A DNA stretch of 64,000 bases, taken from the human T2T-CHM13v2.0 reference genome, Homo sapiens. Location: assembly GCF_009914755.1 (NCBI RefSeq), contig NC_060932.1; one strand, written 5' to 3'. The first letter of the stretch is position 1. Each line of letters begins with the position of its first letter. The notes beneath the pieces are model-generated. The model did no database searches, had not been told where the DNA came from, and was given only the letters and a program-made list of their open reading frames with translations. Shown piece by piece: positions 1 through 11,374 of the stretch. A program made the position numbers and the translations under genes.

Positions 1-98
1 GCTGTCATGGCTTGACTAAGGTCTCTATTCTGCTGAAGGGTAAATAAACAGATAACCTTTATACTAGTGCTAATGTGTGGGGATTTATCATGGCCAAA

Positions 99-222
99 CA
101 GCTACTCAGGAGGCTGAGGCAGGAGGATTGCTTGAGCCCAGGAATTCAAGGGTACAGTGAGCCATGTTTGTACCACTGCACTCCAGCCTGGGTGGCAGAG
201 TAAGACTCTGTCTCTTAAAAAT
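99..222 (+). mobile_element. Alu right-arm fragment (AluJ/FRAM-like)
   Basis: CAGCTACTCAGGAGGCTGAGGCAGGAGGATTGCTTGAGCCCAGG...GACTCTGTCTC plus short A tail. Confidence 0.9.
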
Positions 223-226
223 ATAA

Positions 227-917
227 GGCTAGGTGTGGTAGCTCATTCCTGTAATCCCAGCACTTTGGGAGGCTGGGATTACAGGAATGAGGTGGGAGGA
301 TTACTTGAACCCAGGAGTTCAAGACCAGCCTAGGCAACATAGTGAGACACTCTCTCTAAAAAAAATAAAATTAGCTGGGTGTGGTGGCATGCATCTGTTG
401 TCCCAGATACTGAGGAGGCTGAGATGGGAGGATTGCTTGAGCCCGTATATTAGTCTGTTCTCACATTGCTATAAAGATATATCTGAAACTTGGTAATTCA
501 TAAAGAAAAGAGGTTTAATTGGCTCATTGTTCTGCAGGCTGTACAGGAAGCATGGCTGGGGAGGCCTTGGGAAACTACAATCATGGTGGAAGGTGAAGGG
601 GAAGCAGGCACATCTTCACATAGCCAGGGCAGAAGGAAGAGGAAGAAGGGGGAGACGCTATACACTTTTAAACAACCAGATCTTGTGAGAACTCATTCAC
701 CATTGTGAGAACAGCAAGGGGGAAATCTGACCCCGTGGTCCAATCACCTCCTAAAGGCCCCCTTTCCAACATGGGGGATTACAATTTGACATGAGATTTG
801 GGTGGGAGCACAAATCCAAACCATATCAACCTGGGAGGTTGGGGCTGCAGTGAACCATGATTGTGCCACAGTGCTGCAGCCTGGGTGACAGAGCAAGACT
901 GTGTCCCCTCAAAAAAT
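227..917 (+). mobile_element. AluJ-type element split in its right arm by an MST LTR (Alu parts 227-445 and 829-917)
   Basis: Alu left arm, A-rich linker and right arm up to GCTTGAGCCCG; it resumes at ACCTGGGAGGTT after the LTR. Confidence 0.9.
446..828 (-). mobile_element. MST-family (MSTA/MSTB-like) MaLR solo LTR
   Basis: TATATTAGTCTGTTCTCACATTGCTATAAAG...CAAATCCAAACCATATCA; degenerate 5-bp TSD GCCCG/ACCTG. Confidence 0.9.
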
Positions 918-1374
918 TATAGTTCCCTATCATGATCATAAAGCCCTTTTATGAAATTGCCCCATTTTGTAACTTCTCCAATCTTTCGGCAAGCCCAGGC
1001 ATGTTTTGCCCTTCCTCAGTCCTGTTCTATCGCCCATCTGGGACATCCCCGAACCCTCTGTCAGATCAGGGCTTTCACTCTTTCCCAGCCTCCACCAATC
1101 TCCAGGCACCTGATTCTCCTCCAAGCTGTCACCTCTCACTTCTCTTAGAAGACTTATGACATTTTCATACCTTTTGTGAATATTAAGTAACCACTTAGCT
1201 GGGAATACATGCTCTTTTGCCTTTTTTATTGGTTTTGTGGCCCTTCCCCTGAGGGACTGCACAGAAATGGGTGGAAGGCAGGATTTGAGCCTTGCTGGAT
1301 ACTGGCCTATGGATCCCAGCCTCACACCATCTCATACACAATGTTCCTGACCCATAGCAGCTCTCCCTTTTTTA

Positions 1375-1610
1375 AATTCATTTTCTATAGTGGTAAAAAT
1401 ATGTATTATACAATTTGCCATTTAAACCATTTTAAAGTATGCAATTTGGTGGCATTAATTATATTCAAAATGTTGTTTGACTTGTTACCACCATCTATGT
1501 CAAAACCCTTTTTGTTAACCCAAACAGAAACTCTATGACCATGAAGCAAGAATTCCCCACTTGCTTCCCAGACCCTGGTAACCCCTAATCTACTTTTTGT
1601 CTCTGTCAGT
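1375..1610 (-). mobile_element. Old L1 (L1MB/L1MC-like) 3' end fragment
   Basis: CAATTTGCCATTTAAACCATTTTAAAGTATGCAATT...CCCTGGTAACCCCTAATCTACTTTTTGTCTCTG. Confidence 0.75.
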
Positions 1611-1699
1611 TCCATAGCAACTCCATTTACAGTTATACTATGGAGCATGCTATGGAGGAGGTCATAGGCCTTTGTGATGTCTATATGGTTTAATGGTAC

Positions 1700-2197
1700 C
1701 TATAAATTTGGTTGTAAGTAAAGCACTCAGATAAGTTCATTATATGAGTGTCATGAATCTACTGTACTTAAATTCTGCCCAGAATTATGTGTGGGGATGT
1801 GGGAAATATAGAAATATAAGATTTGGTCTTTGTTAAGGTTAATACATTTATTGCTTCTTGTTCCCTTTGGCCATGAAAAAATATCACACAACTATTGAAG
1901 TGCTCTTTGCAGCTGAGAGCCTCAGAATCTTTCTTATCACCATTATCAAGGTCAGCACTTGTCACATTTTAATGGGCACATGACTTATCCGGGCATTATG
2001 TCAAAGTGCAGATTCTGAGTAAGTAGATCTGGAGTTGGGTCTTATTTTCTACATTTCTGATAAGTTTCCAGGTGACACCAATACTGCTGGTTTTTGGACC
2101 ACATTTGGAGCAGTGATGTCATCCAATTAATGAGCTTTGGCGTTCAAGACAAAACTAATCGTCCTTCATGGGTCTATGCCCTCAAGATATCTGAAAT
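1700..2197 (-). pseudogene. Candidate decayed exon: C-terminal half of VWA repeat 4, interrupted by MER5B
   Basis: Joining across MER5B gives KLINWMTxLDNGDKKDSEAL...VIFFHG...HIPTHxI, matching the VWA pattern W+xxLxxGGxT..AL..IFF+DG..IHTI; acceptor-like CAACTAG at 2198-2199. Confidence 0.35.
1953..2115. mobile_element. MER5B-like hAT-Charlie MITE
   Basis: CAGCACTTGTCACATTTTAATGGGCAC...GCAGATTCTGAGTAAGTAGATCTGG...GGACCACATTTGGAGCAGTG. Confidence 0.75.
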
Positions 2198-2231
2198 CTA
2201 GTTGTAGAGACCAATCTGACAATCACAAAAT

Positions 2232-2381
2232 ACATGGCAGTATATATGTATATTATATATACTGTATATATATATATATGTATATATGTATACATATATG
2301 CGTATATATATGGCAGTATTTCATTAAATTCCACATTGCATGAAATATGGCAGTATTTTATTAAATTCCACATTGCATGAA
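2232..2381. repeat. (TA)n microsatellite followed by a 37-bp tandem duplication
   Basis: ATATGGCAGTATTT(C/T)ATTAAATTCCACATTGCATGAA at 2308-2344 and 2345-2381. Confidence 0.95.
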
Positions 2382-2667
2382 AACCACCATTGACCCTAGA
2401 AAAGTTGAGAGGAAAAGTGGGTGAGACAAGACCTATCTGCTCATGTTTTGTCTTTTCTATTGTAAGTTTCTTTAGGGCAGGGACCTCTTTTTCTAGTTTC
2501 AGTTAAAAAGAAACAGGTGGGAATACTAAGCCAAAATTTCCCATACATTTGGCTTTTATTGGAAAGAGACAAACACCAAAAAAAGAAAATTGATATGCTA
2601 ATTGTTTGCACTTGTATAGCTCTTTTAACTTTATCCAAGTTTATTCCTTGTAGGCATAATTGAATGT

Positions 2668-2751
2668 AATTCAGCACATAGCCAGGATAGATGTTTCATG
2701 GATGTGTTGAATTCAGAACATAGCCAGGATAGATGTTTCATGAATGTGTTG
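2668..2751. repeat. 42-bp tandem duplication
   Basis: AATTCAG(C/A)ACATAGCCAGGATAGATGTTTCATG(G/A)ATGTGTTG x2. Confidence 0.95.
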
Positions 2752-3449
2752 ACATGAATGCTCCTCACAACAATTCTGTCAGGTAAATAAACATGTCAGC
2801 ATTAAGGTTCCAGAAAGGTGACACGTTGATCCAAGGTCACACAGCAAGGTCATAGCAGGGCTGGGATGAGAGTTGAGAGGCCCTGATGTTAGTGTGGTGT
2901 CAAGTGGCGTAACTCAGTATGTTAGAAGACTTAACTTCACGCTTCATTTCTCCTGTGACATGGAACAGGAGTAATATGCAGTTTTCCCACTTGTGAGGTT
3001 GTCTTGAAGCTCAAATGTGATAATGCTTGTAAAATCATATCATAAACTTTGAAGCTATTTAAGTTTTTTTTAGTAGATTGTTAGATTTTCAGTTTTCCTC
3101 CTTGTATATGAGTTCAGAAATTAGTGATATCTGAACAGATACTGTATATATAGCAATAAAGAATTATCCATAAACTCTTTTCAGTTAACTTGAGTATAGA
3201 TCAACTTTCCTGGTAATAAGTAATTCTACTATTATTAAATTTAAAAATCAAAGTATGTAACTATTTACTCCTTTTAATTCTTTTGGAAAGCAATACAGAG
3301 ATACTTTTTATCATCCCATGGAAACCTTTAACTTTTCTTACTTGCTTTCTTAGAGATCCTCCTCAAGTTAGAAGAAGAGCTAGTGGAGAAAGTAGAAGTT
3401 TTGGAACCAGACAGACCTGAGTTTGGTTTTCAGCTGAACTGTTTTTCTG

Positions 3450-4017
3450 GATATTATCTGTGAACCCTAGCACCATGCTCACCCCTTTGATGCTTTCCCC
3501 TGCACTGCAGGGGTTGGAAGCCTGGGAACTATATTTCCTTTACTCATCTGCCAGGATGGTTCCTGATATGAAAAGGCTCTTCCAGTGAAATGCACTTGCC
3601 TGAGACATAGATGGAGGAAGGGAAGTAGAAGCTTTTAGAAGCTTTCCCCCACCCACCCCCCAACTGGCAGCAGGGCCAGATGTGTAGTTTTGGTAAATGT
3701 GAGATTCTTTGCAGCAGCTTCTCTATTTATCTAACAGTCATTATCTATTTGGGGCTTTGGAGGAGGTACAGCATTGACAATGTCTTTCTGAATTATCCTT
3801 ATCTTTGGGAGGCAATCCTTATACCCTAGCTGCAGAGATAAACCTGAAAGCTGGTGATGGGCAAATCTGTCCCCCTATTCCCCCAACATTCACTTCTTGG
3901 GTCCCTCCAACAGTCTTGTAAGATCCTAATGCCTAATTAGGATTAACATGCCTAATCTTTTTCAGCTTAAAACATCTAGACTGTTTTCTGTTTGCCTGAC
4001 CAGTCCCTGACTGACAC
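3450..4017 (+). mobile_element. ERVL-class solo LTR (LTR33-like) inserted in a MIR
   Basis: GGGGTTGGAAGCCTGGGAACTATATTTCC...TGCCTGACCAGTCCCTGACTGACAC; MIR halves at ~3375-3430 and ~4020-4155. Confidence 0.65.
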
Positions 4018-4299
4018 CACTGCTTACCTGACCTGAGATCTTGGGCAAGACACTTCACCTCTGTGAGTCCCAGTTGCCTTATCTGTGAAATGGGCGTAAT
4101 GGCTGTAGAACCACTGGGGATTAAGCAAAAAAACAGGGGCTCAGTAATGTTAGCATCTTGTTTTCATACCCTCCTTTACCCCTCCTGCCCTTCAGGACTT
4201 ATTATCTTCTTCTAGGTCCATAATCATTCCATTATTTTGGTGGGAAATTGATTACAAATCTAGGTGCTATGAAGCTTATTGATGCTTTGGGGTGAACAT

Positions 4300-4667
4300 T
4301 AGCTGCCTGACAGTTTTGATTGGATTTGATGTTAGGCCCAGTCACAATGTTCCACTTTTTGGCTTAGATTCATCACCTGTCTTTCATGACAAGGATGGCT
4401 GATTTCTGTCAGGATTTTTGTGATTATTAACTGGTGAATTTGTCCTGAGAGAGTCCTTCAACACTTTTCTTATATACACTTTTCAAACTCATTTTTAACT
4501 CTGATTCATCTGTCTTGTTCCTAAATGTAGCAAGTAAATTCCTGGCTAAAGAACAAGCCTTCCAAGAGGAAAGTGGTCTTTTTATAATTTCTGGTCTACT
4601 TATAGGAACCCACTTGCTGCAATTCTTGCCTTTGAATTTGAAGGGCTCAATAGCCAGTGCTCTTGCC
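4300..4667 (-). pseudogene. Candidate decayed exon: N-terminal half of VWA repeat 4
   Basis: Acceptor CCCTCCACCCACAG at 4668-4669; frames give KKTTFLLE...DR*IRVKNEF / KSVEGLSQDKF...WNIVTGPNIKS; one frame is open for ~78 codons. Confidence 0.4.
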
Positions 4668-5049
4668 CTGTGGGTGGAGGGGATGGGCGACCAAAACTTC
4701 TGTTTTGGTCCCAGCTCTGCCTCTACTGGCCAGAGGCCTTGGGCCAGGAACCACCTCTTCTGGGCCTTGATTTCCTCTCTTCTAGAACTGACAGATCAAA
4801 TCTCTTAAGGGTTTTCTTGGCTCTGATATTCACTGAATGAGCAGAGGGCTCTGGTGCCTCTCCTGGTCTCCTCTCCATGGCTTGTTTCTTGTTTCTCACA
4901 GACGTTGCTCTTCCTACCTCTCTGCCTGTCTGTGTGCTGGATTTCTCTAATGGGGGTGGGATGGATCCTCCAAAGTCTGTACTCTGAACGTCCAAGACTA
5001 AGTGAACAGACTCGTTCTGTGGTTGTTTGCTGTATGACCTTGAGAAAAT

Positions 5050-5640
5050 TTCAATTGAATTCACTTTGGAATTCAATTAGTGAGTGCCTAATATGTTCTA
5101 AGTGTAGGGTTCCATCATGAGGATGTGAAGAGTCTTCATTAGTTAGGAGAGATAGATAAGTAAATGTGGTGGTGCTGTCAACACCATTGAATGATTTGCA
5201 GCCACAGGCCTTGACCCACCGACATAAGTTTCTGCCTAATTGGTGAAGTTGCTTGCCAGGACTCTGAACCAGTGCATTTTGACCATCAGTCCTGTGAATG
5301 GATGATGAAAATACAATGTGATTAATGCTCCTATAGAGGGAAATTCAAGTATCACAGAAGCACAGGGCAGGCACCTAACCCACATTTTGGAAGGAGCTAT
5401 CATAGCAAGCTTCTTGGGGGAGGTGACATCAGAGTTGAATCTTGAAAGATGAAGGAAGATTGACCAGAGGAAGCAACAAGAGGGCAGGAATCCAGAGAGA
5501 GGAAAGGCAAGAAAGGGTGGGGCAGTGTAGAGTGTAAAAGCACCACTGAAACACAAAGTTTAAAGACAGGAGCTATGTGAGATGGATATGCAGAGAACAG
5601 ACCAGACCCAAATACATAGGTCCTTGAATTAGAATAATAT
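5050..5640 (+). mobile_element. L2 fragment
   Basis: TTAGTGAGTGCCTAATATGT...GGAGGTGACATCAGAGTTGAATCTTGAAAGATGAAGGA, L2 3' region pattern. Confidence 0.6.
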
Positions 5641-5821
5641 GAAATTTAGATTTACAGTGTCAATATAGCATAGGGTTAGAAGATCTCAAGAGCAATACTG
5701 CCTGGTTTGCTGACTACTTCTATTTGCTAGTCATGTGACCTCGGGAAAGTTTGTCAGTCTCTCTGGGGTGTAGCTCCTCATCTATAAAATGGATCTGTAG
5801 GGCCTTCCTTAGAGTTTGTTT

Positions 5822-8800
5822 TGTGTGCAAATGAGAAGAATATGTATTTTTTAGTTGTTGAGTATACTGTAGATGTCTATTAGGTCCAATTGGTCAAGTG
5901 TTGAATTTAAGTCCAGGATTTCTTTGTTAATTTTCTGCCTTGATGATCTGTCTAACACAGTTAATGGAGTGCTGAAGTCCATCACTATTATTGTGTGGTT
6001 GTCTAAGTCTTTTTGTAGGTCCAGAAGTACTTGTTTTATGAATCTGAGTGCTCCAATGTTGAGTGCATATATATTTAGGATAGTCAAGTTTTCTTGTTGA
6101 ATTGATCCCTTCATCATTATTTCATGGCCTTCTTTGTCCTTTTTTTTTTAAACTGTTGTTGGTTAAAAGTCTATTTTTTCTGATATAAGAATATCAACCT
6201 CTGTTCTTTTTTGTTTTCCATTTGCATCATAGATCTTTTCCCATCTCTCTATGTTAAGCCTATGGTTGTTGTTATGTGTGAGATGGGTCTTTTGAAGACA
6301 GCACATGATTGGGCGTCTTTTTTTTTTTCAGTACAACATGCCACTTTTTGCCTTTTGAGTGGAGTGTTTAGACTGTTTACATTTAAGGTTAATACTGATA
6401 TGGGAGACTCTGATCCTTTCGTGGTGTTGTTAGCTGGTTGCTTTGTTGTCTCAATTGTGTAGTTACTTTGTAGGGTCTGTGGGCCATTTACTTAAGTGTG
6501 TTTTTGTGGTAGAAGGTATTGTTCTTTTGTTTCCATGTTCAGAACTCCCTTAAATATTTCTTGTAAGGCTGATCTAATGGTAATGAATTCCCTTAGTGTT
6601 GGCTTATCTGGAAAAGATTTTATTTCTTCTTCACTTGTGAAACTGAGTTAGGTGGGATATGATATTGTTTCTTTTCTTTAAGCATGCTGAAAATAGGCCC
6701 CAAGTCTCTTCTGGCTGGTAAGATTTCTGCTGAGAAGTATGCTGTTAGCCTGATAGGGCTTCCTTTGTAAGAGATCTGACCCTTTTCTCTAGCTGCCTTT
6801 AAGATTTCCTTTCACACTTACTTTGGAAACTCTGAGGATTATGTGTCCTGAAGATGGATGGTCATCTTGTATAGTGTCTCACAGGGGTTCTCCAACTTTC
6901 TTAAATTTGCATGTTGACCTCTCTATTCAGATTGGGGGAATCATCATAGACTGTATCCTCAAATATGTTTTCCAAGTGACTTACTCTCTCTCTCCTCCTC
7001 TTTCAAGAACCAAACCTGCAATGAGCCATGGGTTTGGTCTCTTTACATAGTTTCATAGTTCTTGAAGGTTTTGCTTGTTTTTTAAAAAAATCTTTATTTT
7101 TTTGTCTGGCTGGATTCATCTGAAAGCCCAGTCTTTCAACCCTCAAATTCTTTCCTCAGCTTGGTTTAGACTGTTGTTAAGGCTACCACTTATATATTGA
7201 AATTCATATAATGAATTCTTCAGTTCTAGAAGTTCAGTTTGATTATTTTGAAAAGAAGCTATGTTATCTTTCAACTCTTGGATTGTTTTTCTGGCTTCCT
7301 TGGATTGGGTTTCAACTGTCTGTTGAATTTTGTTGAGCTTCTTTGCTATCCAGATTCTGAATTCTAGGTCTGTCGTTTCAGATATTTCAATATGGTTAGG
7401 ATATATTGCTGGAGACTTAGTCTGATCATTTGGAGATATGGAAACACTCTGACTTTTTGAATTGCTGGAGGTCTTGCACTGATTCCTTATCTGAGAGGGC
7501 TGGTGTTTCTTTATCTTTTTGAAATTGCTGTCATTTGAAGGGGGCTTTTTGTTCTTATGTTCTTTTTCTCTTTTGAGGGTTTGACTGTGGTATGTGTTGT
7601 GTATAGTCAATTGGCTTCATTTCTGGGTGTTTTCAGAGGGCCCAGGCTCTGTATGGATTCCTTAGTTGTGGCTAGTTTTCTGCATTGTTTCACAGATGAT
7701 ACATGGTGAAGGAATTTGTTTTTGTTTGGTGGCGTAATTTAAGCTGAGATCCAGTAGATGGCACTTGACAATAAAAGCCAGCAGATAGGCTTTTACTCAG
7801 CCATAGGCCTCCTTTGTATTTCAGTGTGTACACAGCAGTACTCTGGGGAGAGGGAGATGGTAGTGGTGGTGGCAGGGGAAGATGAGTCCCTCACAAAATC
7901 CATTCCTAGGCCTTAGGGATCCTCTCCAGTCATTGGTGCTGTGTCCATGTTTCCTTAGCCCTAAGGAGGTCCCAGTTGGGCTGCACTTTCCCCCCTCTTA
8001 GGGGCAGCAGAAGCCAAAGGTTAGGTCACCGGGGGACCCACAACTCCCTGGGGGCCTGCTGGTTCCCTGAGCTTGGCAGAGTCAGAGCAGGTTGTAGGGT
8101 ATGTCTGCGGGTGATCTGCTGATGCAGTGGGTCAAGGCCAGAGGATTTCTGGGTGGAGCAATGGTGCCATGGGTGCATAACTGGTGTATTAGTCCATTTT
8201 CACACTGCTATAAAGAAATACTTGAGACTGGGTAATTTATAAAGAGAAGAGGTTAATTGGCTCACAGTTCCACAGGCTGTACAGGAAGCATGGCTGGGGA
8301 GGCCTTGGGAAACTTACAATCATGGCAGAAGGTGAAGGGGAAGCAGACACAACTTACATGGCTGGAGCAGGAGGAAGAGAGAGAAGGGAGAGGTGCTACA
8401 TACTTAAAAAAATCAGATCTCATGAGAACTCACTATCACAAGAACAGGAAGGGGGAAGTCTGCCCCCATGATCCAGTCAAATCCCAGCAGGTCCCTCTTC
8501 TAACATTGAAGATTACAATTCAACATGAGATTTGTGTGGGGACATAAATCCAAACCATATCAACTGGTATGGTGCTCTTGGTCTGGGGCTTTTTGCCCAG
8601 AAGACAGCGGTGGGACCATCCATCTCATGTTCCCTTGACAGTCTTCCTCTGCTGACTTCCCCAGGAGCAGGTCTGTTCAGCTAGTTTTGTCCCAAGCCAT
8701 CTGCACCCAGGTTGCTGGGCTACTCCAGGTGTTGTAAGCCATGGGGCTCCCTCAGGCAGAAGCTGCAGCTGGCCAACAGGATACCCCTTCCCAGACTGGT

Positions 8801-9662
8801 CTTGTGGAGAGAGGGATGCCCAGCTCCTGCACCAGCACACAAACCCACAGCTCACTCTTCTCAGTGTTCTGAGAGTGGTAGCTCGATCTCAGGCCACAGA
8901 TCTCATCTTACTACTCCTGGGCAGTGTGCTTGAATGCTGAGGGGTTAACACTGGGCCCACAGGTTTGTACCTGGGCCCTTGGCTGTTCTGGGGTCCATAT
9001 TGCTCCTGGGTGGATGGCAAAACATTCAGTCGGGGCAGTAGAGGCTGGGCTGTGGGCACCTTGTTGCACGAGCGGCCAGGGAGGGGCCTTGGGAGGGACT
9101 GAAGGACAATGGGACACGCACATCAGGTGTGACCCAGTATCACAGGATGGACAGCCCTGCTCTCTCCCGGCCTGGCAGTCAGCAGGGGCTAGATCTCACT
9201 CAGGGCAAGGTGGAGAGCCTGGGATGGGCGGCTGTGGTTGCGTTTTGCCTCAGCTGTCCCACAGGCAGAGCCTCCTGGGCTTCACACAGGTTCAAGCTCT
9301 GCCTCTTCCTACTCTCTGGGAAATTCCACCTGCCAATTCACATGGCTTTGGGGATCATGGGATCTCTTGTAGCTAGGGTCCCACAGGTCCATGGCAGGAG
9401 TGTGGTGCCCTGGTGTTCTTTCGCTCACGCCTTCCTTAGGACCTATTCTGGATCAAGAGCTGATCCTGATACTTGGCAACTCTATGCAGGCCTCTCAGAT
9501 TCCTCCCTCTTCAACCACAGTGTTTGCATCACCTCTCTATTGGCTTTCAGCATTTTATCTCAAAAGATCTGTTTGAAATGTTATGGTTTAGTCAATATTT
9601 TTGTTTCTCTTGGTGAGAGAGGCATATCCCGGCTGTGTCTAGTCAGCCATCTTGTCCCGCCC
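5822..9662 (-). mobile_element. Old primate L1 5' portion (5'UTR, ORF1, start of ORF2 endonuclease), 3'-truncated, inserted in a MIR
   Basis: ORF 5851-6117 is L1 EN (MMKGSIQQENLTILNIYA...); ORF 7143-7610 is the ORF1 coiled coil; GC-rich 5'UTR ends CAGCCATCTTGTCCCGCCCC. Confidence 0.9.
8185..8562 (-). mobile_element. MSTA-like solo LTR nested in the L1 5'UTR
   Basis: TGTATTAGTCC...CCATATCA with perfect 5-bp TSD ACTGG (8180-8184, 8563-8567). Confidence 0.95.
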
Positions 9663-9749
9663 CTGAAAATTAAATTCATTAGACTTGAAAAAGACTTCAG
9701 AAATGACTGGCATATAGTAAATGCTCAATTAGTGCTGGCTTTTATCCTT

Positions 9750-10452
9750 TTACTTCATTGATTCTAAGATGCACATTTTTCTTCTTCTGTAGTATAACAT
9801 GCCTGAACTTTAGATGTGACTTATAGTGTGTAATACTTTACAATTGCTGCTAAGTAGGCAGCAGATGTGGCATTGCCCGTACACGTGTGACCTTGGGTGT
9901 AGCCATCCATGTTCTGACTTCAGTAACATGATAAGTATTGTTGATATGACAAATGTTTAATTTCGTTGCCACTTAAAATATCTTAAAAATAATACACTAT
10001 AATTTGGTATTAAATAAAAAATTATTGTATCTATAGAAAGGCATCAAAACAGAGTGGTAGAAAGTAGATTTGAAAGTAGTGAAGCAAATATTCATTGGTG
10101 GGATAACAATAATCCTATATTTTCTTGCAAAGCAAACCCAAGTATTTTTACAGGCTTTAAGAAGGGAGACACCTATAAGAGATGATGCTGTATTAAAATT
10201 TCATTAATGTGGTGCACGCAAAAGGATTGCCTGTTGAACACAAAGCATTACAACTGATGGCAACAGAGATTGTCAAATTCTTCAAAATAGATGAAAAACA
10301 TTCAAAGCAACAAGACGCTGGTGTGAGCAATTCATATATCCCCCTGGGCTATGTGTCATAGTTTAATTGGCAGATATCTTTTCCTTTCTTAGTGGTAAAC
10401 AAAAATGATGATACAACTTATAATTGATGGCAGATAGCGTTGGATGAAATAG
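9750..10452 (+). mobile_element. TcMar-Tc2 (Kanga/MER104-like) DNA transposon remnant with pogo-type HTH coding relic
   Basis: End motif TTCATTGATTCTAAGATGCACATTTTT; translation IERHQNRVVESRFESSEANIHWW resembles the POGK/Kanga N-terminal HTH. Confidence 0.7.
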
Positions 10453-10694
10453 TGTTGTTGTTACTGTTATTATTATCCTGTAGCTGATGAGGAGGCATTA
10501 AGCATGGGAATGACATTGTCAGATTTGTGTCTTAAGAAAATGACTTTGTCGTCATTTCTCCATCTGTGACATGAAGGGATTGGATTAGATTCTCTGAGGT
10601 ACTTTTCTCCTCTAAGATTCTCTGTGTTTGTGAAATCCCAATGCCAGTTACATCTAGTGGGAATCTTTATTGCTAGCTTTCACATAGCACTTAC

Positions 10695-10964
10695 AGGGCA
10701 CATGTTTTTGTCAAGACCCGCTGACTCCCCTCGTGGATGCAATTGTCAGACACCTATTACCGTTCATTGCAAGACAGGGTCCAGCTTATCTATTCGAGGC
10801 AAACTTTTCAGGATAGAGAATTTGCAGATGGAGTAACAGGCATTGATCTGCAGCTCCTTGAAAGCTAGTACTCATGGAGATGTGGTCCCTGGTTAAAAGA
10901 TGGTGAACATGTGTCTCAGTGGAAAGGACCATTAGCAGATTAAATCCTCCAGTTAGAGCCAGGA
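10695..10964 (-). pseudogene. Decayed 270-nt exon: C-terminal half of VWA repeat 3
   Basis: Acceptor TTTATTTCCTAG and donor CCT|GTAAGT; LALTGGFNLLMVL..VHHLLTRD, then a frameshift to ELQINAC...ILKSL (VWA LxAxGGTNLLxAL..YLLTDG..INxI..FLxxL). Confidence 0.55.
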
Positions 10965-11374
10965 CTAGGAAATAAATTGATTTATTTAGGGAGAAGTCCA
11001 AAGAAGTCACATTAACCTTGTCAACCCCAGGATCTTGAGGGAGCTGAGGCCCATCTGGAGAGGCAGACTTTTAACTTCAGAGGGGTCGGGATATGGATTT
11101 CAGTCAGCTCAGATTCTGCTACATCATAGCTGAGTGACCCTGGCTCAGTCTCTTAACCCCTCTTAGATTCAGTTTCCTCATTTATTCAATAGGATCAATG
11201 AAACCAATTTACAAGGGCTGCTGGGAGGACAAAATTAAGTAACAAATTAAGCCTACCTAGCAACTTGGTTGACATATACTAGATAGTCTATACATACTCT
11301 CTTTGCCTTCTTCATTTTCTGTCAAGATTCATTTTCTTTCTATTTCTCTGCCTGGAATTAGACTAGATGTGAAA

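Noticed and set aside
8625-9761. GC-rich ORFs up to 210 aa and a possible promoter
   Set aside because: This is the L1 5'UTR; it is CpG-depleted and has no gene features.
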